Assembly (NCBI GenBank): GCA_951406725.2
Contig: OX597818.1
Span: 126,108,001-126,172,000, forward strand
Length of the DNA: 64,000 nucleotides
Direction: 5' to 3'
Source: Octopus vulgaris
Taxonomy: Eukaryota
The stretch's first letter is position 1, and the number at the start of each line of letters is the position of its first letter. A program made the position numbers and the translations under genes. This document shows, in pieces, positions 54,960 to 64,000 of the stretch. The notes under the pieces were generated by a model. That model saw only the letters and a program-made list of their open reading frames with translations. It searched no databases and was not told the DNA's origin.

Positions 54960-55211
54960 TGTTATATCGCAATACTACACAGTGGCTGTGTGAGCTACGA
55001 AATCCTCGTCGCCATAGTTATATCGCAATATTACACAGTGTTTGTGTGAGCTACGAAATCCTCGTCACCACTGTTATGTCGCACGTTCGGATGGCCTCTA
55101 CTAACTCTACTACTCTCTCCGCTACTCTACTACTCCTGACGTCTAGGCTTCTCCCTCTATATCTACGTATTGGGCTAGCCTACTTCATCGTCCGGGCGCG
55201 TCCACACAACA
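54960..55211 (+). mobile_element. solo LTR (TG...CA) with 5-bp TSD AGTAC and internal 56-bp tandem repeat
   Basis: agtac|tgttat...cacaaca|agtac; repeat units start at 54961, 55017 and 55073. Strand is not established. Confidence 0.7.
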
Positions 55212-56597
55212 AGTACTTTATTACTTAACACACTCACCGGTTGAAAGAAAAATAAATTAGCGACAATCGCACCGGTGAGTGTGTTAAGTAATAAGGCACA
55301 GAACAAGAGTGACTCTCCCCAGACACAATAAAATAAAATATTGTTCGGAGTTCTCTCCCATGGTCGCTCGTCGTAACAATTAAGATACCTAATCTATAGG
55401 AATCAACACTGGTCTGTCTTGAAACAGCGTCACCATTTCCCAAGGAATATTTTCCAAAATTTGCACACAAATTCAAAATTCTCTTGAAATAACCCTTTCC
55501 ACTTTAGGCACAAGACCTGAAACTTTGCGAGAGGGGGCGAGTCGATTACATCGATCTCAGTACTTAACTGGTACTTATTTTATCGAATCTGAAAAGATGA
55601 AAGGCATAGTCGACTTCGACGGCATTTGAACTCAGAACATGAGGACAGACCGGACAAAATGCTGCTTAGTATTTTGTCCGGTGCGTTAACGAATCTGCTA
55701 ACTCACTGTTTTAGTGTCCATTGAAACTTAAGTCCACTTCCTTAACCACTGAGCAATCGAGCTGAACACAAAGCCATCGTGCTGATCAGAAACCATCATG
55801 CTGATCAGAAACCATCATGCTGAAGACAAAACAGAATAATGCATAAAAGAAGTTCTTGCACTAAAAATAAAAAGAGAAAAAATTCTTGGGAAGATAACGA
55901 AAAACTGGTAGTGGTAATAGAGCGGTATTTGAGTAAGAGTGCTAGGTACAAAAGCGTTGTCAGTTTACGTTACGCTCTTTATATTTGTCCTTCCCGTTCT
56001 CTTCAGCCTCTTTTTAAAACTCTCTTGTTCTCTCCCTGCCTCATTCTAATTCTTTCTCACTCCCCCATATAAGACTTTCATACAAACAAGACACAAACAT
56101 GTATACGCATTGATCACCCATTTCAGTAAACTGACAGTATATCATCAGTACATACATTATAACTATTACGATTCGTAATAAAAAAAAAAATTATATCGCA
56201 AATAAGCTGTTTCAAATCATACAACGGTGGATTATTTATTTATTTATGTATTTATTTATTTAGTCTTGAATTAATTCACGATTAAGTTTGTAATATCCAC
56301 GTGCTATGCTCTATGAATCGGGCTGTTAACCATTTACATATACATACATACATACATACGTAAATACATAAATACATACATGCATACATACATACATACA
56401 TACATACATACATACGTAAATACATAAATACATACATGCATGCATATATGCATACAAACATGCTGGCATACATACGCATATACGTAAATACATACAAACA
56501 TGCATACGAACATGCAGGCATACATACATAGATACATACATACACAAACATACATACATACATACATACCTACATACATACATACATACATACATAC

Positions 56598-56669
56598 ATA
56601 GAAAAGTTCAATTCCTGCTGAGTCCCGTACGAACCCAGAAGTACAGAGCTCGCAAATCACATTATAGAC
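56598..56669 (-). CDS. candidate 72-nt internal exon
   Basis: tttcttttacAG | VYNVICELCTSGFVRDSAGIELFY | GTatgt. The donor lies in a (GTAT)n repeat, so the boundary is ambiguous. Confidence 0.25.
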
Positions 56670-57587
56670 CTGTAAAAGAAACCCTTTGCATACTATAAAA
56701 CGGTTATGCATAGGTATATCTTCCGTAAAATAGAAAAAGATGACAATATTAAAGGAAGTTGTAAGGCGGCGAGCTGGCAGAATCGTTAGCGGCATTTTGT
56801 CCGTCTTAACGCTCCACCGAGATCGACTTTGCCTTTAATCCTTTCGAGATCGTTAAAATACGTACCAGTTGAGTACTAGGATCGATGTAATTGGCTAGGA
56901 CCTTACCCCAAATTGCTGGCCTTGTGCCAAAATTTGAATCCTATATTTACATGATGCTTACCTGGACTCGCGACCACATTATATCACTTCTTGTCTTGAA
57001 GGAGATAACTACAAAATATCTCATGAACAAATGATACAGCGAAGCCCTTAAAATTTCAAGACGCTACCGCAAATGTCATTTATGCCATTTTTCTGTGGAG
57101 GACATGTAATCAACAGCTGTTCAAAAATGGGAGGTACTACCTCCCATTGTGACATGATGTTGTTGCTAAAACAATATACAATGCCGTCCGCAGAAATGAC
57201 AGCCCTGGGATATATACAAACAACAGCCATGGTAGGGAGTACATACATATCACTGGGAATACTGATTGAACATTTTCATCAAAACTTCTACCAAGTGCAA
57301 ACATATTATAGGTGACATAGTTATTTGTGAAAAAAAAAAAAAAAGAAAATTCATGTACAGTCAAAGATATGTTGCCCTGGAGATGTAGAAGTATCTTCCA
57401 AAATCTGAGAGGAGAATATGTAAGGACAACAATGTCGAAACTTGCAAATCCTCTACCCCTCCCACCATTTTTCCTCTGTGTGTGTGTACAAGTGAATATA
57501 TTCATACATATAAATATATATATATACATATATATATATATGGGAACATATATATACACACACATATATATATGGGGACACATATAT

Positions 57588-57642
<55 letters not shown>

Positions 57643-57669
57643 GGGATACATATATATATACATACATAT

Positions 57670-57900
57670 ATTTTTTCTTCACTACCCACAAGGGGCTAAA
57701 CACAGAGGGGACAAACAAGGAGAGACAAACGGATTAAGTCGATTACATCGACCCCAGTGCGTAACTGGTACTTAATTTATCGACCCCGAAAGGATGAAAG
57801 GCAAAGTCGACCTCCGCGGAATTTGAACTCAGAACGTAACGACAGACAAAATACGGCTACGCATTTCGCCCGGTGCGCTAACGTTTCTGCCAGTTCGCCG
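57670..57900 (-). mobile_element. SINE family B, near full length
   Basis: Consensus match. Confidence 0.85.
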
Positions 57901-57910
57901 TACATGTGGG

Positions 57911-58215
57911 AAGACGCGTGGCTGAGTGGTTAGAGCATTCGGCTCACGATCGTAAGGTCGTGAGTTCAATATCCGGCGACGCGTTGTATCCTTGAGCAAA
58001 ACAGTTTATTTTCACATTGCTCTAGTCCACTCAGCTGGCAAAAATGGGAAGTACCTGTATTTCAAATGGCCAACCTTGTCACACTCTGTGTCACATTGAA
58101 TCTCTCTGAGAACTACGTTAAAGGTACACAGCTACTTGCACGTTTTACGAGCAAGCTATTCCGTTGATCGTATCAGCTGGGACCCTCGTCGTCGTAACCG
58201 ACGGAGTACTCCACC
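57911..58215 (+). mobile_element. SINE family D
   Basis: tRNA-like head gtggctgagtggttagagc..gagttcaat; homologous to 38080-38389. Confidence 0.75.
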
Positions 58216-58261
58216 CCATTATACATACACACACACACACACATTTATATATATATAATTC

Positions 58262-58393
58262 TTTTTCAAAATGAGATAAAAAACCGAGGCTGTGAAGATT
58301 TTAAAACATTTATAAATAGAATGTAACTGTAAGACCTATTGATAAATATTGTAAAATCTTGACAGCCTTGGTTTTTTATCTCACTCTGAAAAA
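58262..58393. repeat. diverged fold-back, ~58-bp arms, after (TA)n
   Basis: Arms 58262-58319/58336-58393 with several mismatches. Confidence 0.75.
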
Positions 58394-58552
58394 AAAGATA
58401 TTTATATACACAGGCTGGTATATGACCTACGTTGGACTCCTTATTCGTGTAATCACCGAACCTGGAGCTTAACTATGGTGTGTCAATAGCACTTACTCAG
58501 CATTACCTGACACCTTTGGGTCTTATTGACACCATTACCTCTCATAACCTTG

Positions 58553-58673
<121 letters not shown>

Positions 58674-59382
58674 TATGTATATGTATGTATCTATGTTTAT
58701 CTCTCTCTATTCTATTCGTGTCTGGTATGCTTAATTTCCCGTCCGATTTGACATCACTACCTGGAAACTTGGATGATTTTAGCGGGATCCACTCTGTATG
58801 CCTTCGGTCCGATGATAACTTTCTATCCAGTCTTTGAAGTAATGACAAGTAACAAGTATTGCCCTTCTTTTCTGACTGTTTATCACTCTCTTTCTTCCCC
58901 ACTCTCTCCCTTCATGTGCAGTTCCTTTCTTATAGGTGTCGGACAACACTTTCCACCATACCAAAATCAGAAAATTCATGTTTTTTTTTTTTTTAGGAAA
59001 GTCACCTGATATCTTCTCCCGGTCTCTTTATGGTATACTCGGCGAGTATCCTACCCTTTCGAGATTACCCTTGTGGCACAATACTTATTTAAGCCTTAGG
59101 CCGAGGGACTGGTTTGCGTGATATAAAGGCATGTCCACACTCTACAAGGCCAGCGTGACCAATGTCTAGGGGGACCAGTACTCCTTCGAGTTTTGTGTGC
59201 CTACGCTGCAGGACCATGTTTTTCTATTTGACCTATGACTAGGTCCCTTGACAGGGACTATCTTTCCAGGCCAGAGCCAGAGTGGACCTAGGAGCAGTGG
59301 TGACTAAGAGGTAACTGCATGCCAACTAGAAATCCGAATTCCCGATCTGGATCCTCACTTGCGGATGTAGTTAAATACTACA

Positions 59383-59427
<45 letters not shown>

Positions 59428-59685
59428 TTAATAAGGGTGAGAGAATTAGATACTAATTTAATAGCATATCTATTCAACACCAAGTGGCCCAGTGCCTCGA
59501 GAAACCTGGATTATTATAATATTTTATACAAAAATAAATATAAGAGAATGGTCACTATGTGGCTCATTCTAGCACTAGAAAATCCAAAAGGTTTCAACCA
59601 CAAAAATACATGTTTCCTATGAAAGTCAGTACGATTGTTAGCTCACACGAACAGGGCAAATAAAAAATAACAAAAATACAGATTA

Positions 59686-59766
59686 TTTTGGGACAATTGT
59701 TTCGCTATTAATGAATTAAATGTAATTTTACTTACAAAAAACCCACTTGTAGCTCCTCAGCCAAAA
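59686..59766 (-). ncRNA. type I HHR with large stem II insertion, in TA-flanked element 59422-59856
   Basis: ttttgg-CTGAGGA-gcta..(tgtaa gtaaaa ttaca)..tagc-GAAAC-aatt-GTC-ccaaaa. Stem III is the palindrome acaattgt. Confidence 0.85.
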
Positions 59767-59855
59767 CTATCTGGATGAAATCCACTCAATCACACGCCAG
59801 ATTTTACCATAACGATAAATACACGTGTGGTTCAATTGATTACATCCGACGTTTA

Positions 59856-59893
<38 letters not shown>

Positions 59894-60050
59894 TGAGAGT
59901 TTTCTCAGTAATTCTTTTTAACACTTCAACATGGCTATTTTTAACCCCAGAAGGACGCCTCCTCCAACCGGTTGTCGATGCCATCTGCATCCGGTATATA
60001 TTGCAAATAGGAGAGCGAACCCATACCATCTTGCAACGACAACGACGGGA

Positions 60051-60099
60051 CCACTAGACCGACCGGTTTCGAACTATTTGTGCTCATCTTCAGTGGTGG
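60051..60099 (-). ncRNA. type I HHR motif in element 59890-60110
   Basis: ccacca-CTGAAGA-t-gagc acaaata gttc-GAAACcg gt cgGTC-tagtgg; one stem I mismatch. Confidence 0.75.
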
Positions 60100-60302
60100 C
60101 CACCCGTCCGCTAGAAATAGCAGTAATTCACTACAAATTCCACCGATAACCAGCTTTTTCTAATTTTATAATTGCTTTTCGCTTTTCTTAACACACTCAT
60201 ACACACACAATCATTCACAGACACATACGCACTTACTGCGCGCGCGCAAATTTGAGTGTATACATGTGTGCTCGTGTGCGTGTGTTTGTATATGTATTTA
60301 TC

Positions 60303-60352
<50 letters not shown>

Positions 60353-60516
60353 TTGTATATACAGATATAAACACATGTATGTACGTATGTGTGTATCAAA
60401 ATGTACATTTATCATACTATACGGGTGGCTTCCACCAACATACACACTTGTGTGCATACATATACACCACGCACACACTCACACACACATGCACATATAT
60501 ATGTACGTATATATGA

Positions 60517-60550
<34 letters not shown>

Positions 60551-60744
60551 ATATCTATCTATCTATCTATCTATCTTTCTATCTATCTAACTATATATAC
60601 CTATGCGTCTGTCTATGCATATATATATGTGTGTTTGTGTACATACACACACTCATACACACACACATGCACACATATGGAAGGACTTTATTGAATATAT
60701 TTTTGCATATGTAAGGTTTCAATATCCAACACGCACACATACAT

Positions 60745-60801
<57 letters not shown>

Positions 60802-61139
60802 CACATATACATATACATATATATATACACATATACACATTCATATATACATACATACCTTTTATTTATTTATCTCTTAGTATCTGTAATCAAGAGGCCC
60901 ATCAATTTTGCCCCAATGACCCTGAATATCTCAGTACCTCATTTAGACCCATAATTGTATTTGGTTGTTGTTTCTTTTATCGGGGTCAATGTTTCAGTGC
61001 AAAATAATCAAATGGGAATCTACCAACGTTTCGTTATTGCTGGTAACTTAGTACACACGTATGACGTGCTTTGGGGGATGCCCTCTTTTTACTATAGTGT
61101 GTTTGTTGTACTGCAAAGCATGATGCGATCGTTGTAAAG

Positions 61140-62560
61140 ATGGCGTCGATGACGGTGGTTAGGATGACGGCGGTGATGGCGTTGGTGGCGTTGATAGTGG
61201 TAATGGTGGTGGTGGTGGTAGTGGTAGTGGTGGTGGTGGTGGTGTTGGCTGTGATGATAGCTGTGGTGATGTTTCCGCTGTTATTGGTGAAGGCGATAAT
61301 TCTGATGATGTCGATGTTGGTGGTAGTGGTGATGGTGATGGTTGTGATGGTTTTGTTTTTGGTAGTGGTGGTTGTGATGGTAGTGGTTGTGGTAGTGTTG
61401 ATGGTGATGGTTGTGGTAGTGGTGGTGTGATGGTGGTGGTTGTGGTGGTTGTGATGGTGATGGTTGTGGTAGTGATCACGATGGTAGTGGTGATGGTGAT
61501 GGTTGTGATGGTGGTGGTTGTGGTAGTGTTGATGGTGGTGGTTGTGATGGTGGTGGTTGTGGTAGTGTTCACGATGGTGGTTGTGATGGTGGTGGCTGTG
61601 ATGGTTGTGGTTGTGATGGTTGTGGTTGTGATGGTGGTGGCTGTGATGGTTGTGGTTGTGATAGAGGTGGTTGTGATGGTGATGGTTGTGGTAGTGTTCA
61701 CGATGGTGGTTGTGATGGTGGTGGTGGTGGTTGTGATGGTGGTGGCTGTGATGGTGGTGGCTGTGATGGTGGTTGTTGTGGTAGTTTTCACGGTGGTGTT
61801 TGTGATGGTGGTGGTTGGTTGAGGTAGTCGTGATGGTGATAGTTGTGATGGTGGTGATGCTAATGGATACGATCGTGATGATGGTTGTGGTGATGGCGAT
61901 ATGATGCTAGTGTTGCTAGTCGTGACAGTGGTAGTGGTAGTGGTGACAGCTGTGGTGATGTTTCTATTGTTGTTGTTATTGTGATGTCGATGGTTGTACT
62001 GTTGGTTATAAGGCTGCCGATGACGGTGTTGGTGGTATTGATGGTGGTGAATGCGTTGTTATTTTAGTTGATGTTTATGTTTGTAGTGGTGGTTTATAGT
62101 GATGGTTAATGTGATGATGGTGATGATGATGATGATGATGACGACGATGATTGCGGTGGCGATGGTGTTGGCTCATTAACAGTGGTTGTGAAGGTGATAC
62201 CAGAGTTATGGTGGTGTTGGTACTGGTAGTGGTGTTGACGGTATAGAGGTACTGCGGTGATGGAGGTGGTGGCGACTGTGATTGCGAAGATGGTGGTGGT
62301 GATGGTTGAGTTGGTAGGGGTGATAGTGGTGAGGATAGTGTTGTTTGTAGTGAGAGTGGTGGTGATGGCGGGGGTAGTGGTGATGGTAACTGAGATGGTT
62401 GCGCGGTGCGAGTATCGGTGGTGGTAATAGTGGTGAAGGTGGTGGTGGTGGTGTTTGAGATGGTTGTGATGAGAGCAGTATTAGTGGTATTGGTGGTAGT
62501 AGTGATAGTGGCGGTAGTGGTGGTGGTAGTGATGGTGATGGTCATATTGATAGTGGGTGA
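61140..62560. repeat. degenerate (GTG/ATG/GTT)n low-complexity tract
   Basis: Direct reading. Confidence 0.9.
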
Positions 62561-62716
62561 TAAATGATAGTAATGGCTTAGGATGTAGTGACGGGTGTCT
62601 GCAATGAATGTATTGCAAGGAGAGAGAATAGATTCAGTCTGTGAAGTGGGTGTCACGGACGGATTATGTGTATGTTTGCCTCTCTGTGCGCGCGCGCGCG
62701 TGTGGTGTGTGTGTAT

Positions 62717-62765
<49 letters not shown>

Positions 62766-63549
62766 TGTGTGTGTGTGCGTGCGTGAATGTGTGCACCTGT
62801 ATTGAAATAGTGCATAAATCATGGTAACTAGTCCATAGTTTGAAAAGGTATGTACATTTTGCGACTGTGTTTGTGTGTTTGTGATTGTGTGTGTATGTGT
62901 GTGTATGTGTGTATTGTGTGTGTATGTGAACGTGTGTTTTCTCCATGTGTATGCATGTGTGCGTGTATGTGTGCGCGTGTGTGCGTGTGTGCCTGTGCGT
63001 CCACGCATGTGTGCCTGTGTGCCGCTGTGTTTGTGTGCCTCTGTGTCTGTGTGTCAGTGCATAATTGTGTTTGTGCAGGCTTTAGAAGTTGATACTGTTT
63101 AAAACCTGAAGAGTCGTGTGAGTGCATATGTGTTTGTTTATGGTGTGTGTGTGTGTGAGTAGTTGTGTGTCCGTGTTCGTGTATGAGTATGCCTGTATGT
63201 GTGTGTGTGTTTGTTTGTTTGTTTGTGTATGTGTGGTGGGGTGTCTAATTGAGTTCGTGCAAGCTTCAAAAGGTAATACAGTTTGATCAAATGGTGTCAT
63301 GTGAGTGCCTATGTATTTGATAATGTGTCTTCATTGTGAGTATCTCCTCTCTCTCTCTCTCTCTCTCTCTCTGTGAGTTTGTGTGTGTAAGTTTGTGTGT
63401 GTGTGTGTGTGTATGTGTGTATTTGTGTGTGTGCGCGCGCATGTTTGTGCGTATTTGTATTTGAAAATGATCATGTGTCAGAGTGTGGCTAAGGGTCTGC
63501 AATACTGTTTCTTTCACTGTCTATCCCTACATACATACGTACATATTCT

Positions 63550-63961
63550 CTTTCTCTTTTCTCTTTTACTTGTTTCAGTCATTTGACTGGGGCCATGCTG
63601 GAGCACCGCCTTTTAGTCGAGCAAATCGACCCCAGGACTTATTCTTTGTAAGCCCAGTACTTATCCTATCGGTCTCTTTTGCCGAACCGCTAAGTAACGG
63701 GGACGTAAACACACCAGCATCAGTTGTCAAGCGATGTTGGGGAGACAAACACAGACACACAAACACACACACATATATATATACATATATATATATACGA
63801 CGGGCTTCTTTCAGTTTCCGTCTACCAAATCCACTCACAAGGCTTTGGTCGGCCCGAGGCTATAGTAGAAGACACTTATCCAAGGTGCCACGCAGTGGGA
63901 CTGAACCCGGAACTGTGTGGTTGGTAAGTAAGCTACTTACCACACAGCCACTCCTGCGCCT
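63550..63961 (-). mobile_element. SINE family A, full length
   Basis: Near-consensus match. Confidence 0.88.
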
Positions 63962-64000
63962 ATGTACACATATAAAGAAACACGTAAATACGCGCGCGCC

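Noticed and set aside
55771-55823. 19-bp tandem repeat (also 13211-13248 and 13310-13358)
   Set aside because: Ordinary short slippage duplications.
57073-57315. 80-aa non-repetitive ORF
   Set aside because: No recognisable domain or splice structure.
61020-61060. GAAACGTT plus a short stem on the minus strand
   Set aside because: Catalytic core absent.
61140-62815. mucin-like Thr-rich ORFs
   Set aside because: Degenerate trinucleotide repeat with frame shifts and stops.

Overview
Repeat-saturated, AT-rich eukaryotic DNA with no intact protein-coding gene. It is probably intronic or intergenic. The SINE families and microsatellite load resemble a coleoid cephalopod (Octopus-like) genome, which is an inference. 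Nearly all listed ORFs are microsatellite or SINE artefacts. Recognisable content: many copies of about four tRNA-headed SINE families, and decayed fragments of Tc1/mariner/maT transposons, MITEs, Helitrons and RTE, R4/Dong-like and Tx1-like LINEs. There is also a solo LTR and two weak candidate minus-strand exons. The main signal is a dense set of about 10 type I hammerhead ribozyme (HHR) motifs (stem I-CUGANGA-stem II-GAAAC-stem III-GUH-stem I'), read by eye on both strands. They lie in short non-coding elements inserted in or next to (TA)n/(AAT)n tracts. Related elements form long fold-back hairpins with a single-copy tail, and some share 3'-terminal motifs. This architecture fits Penelope-like element (PLE) pseudo-LTR remnants or non-autonomous retrozymes. 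One HHR lies in the tail of a tRNA-headed SINE (44703-45057), a candidate Pol III self-cleaving SINE. All pairings were done by hand; no folding or database search was run.
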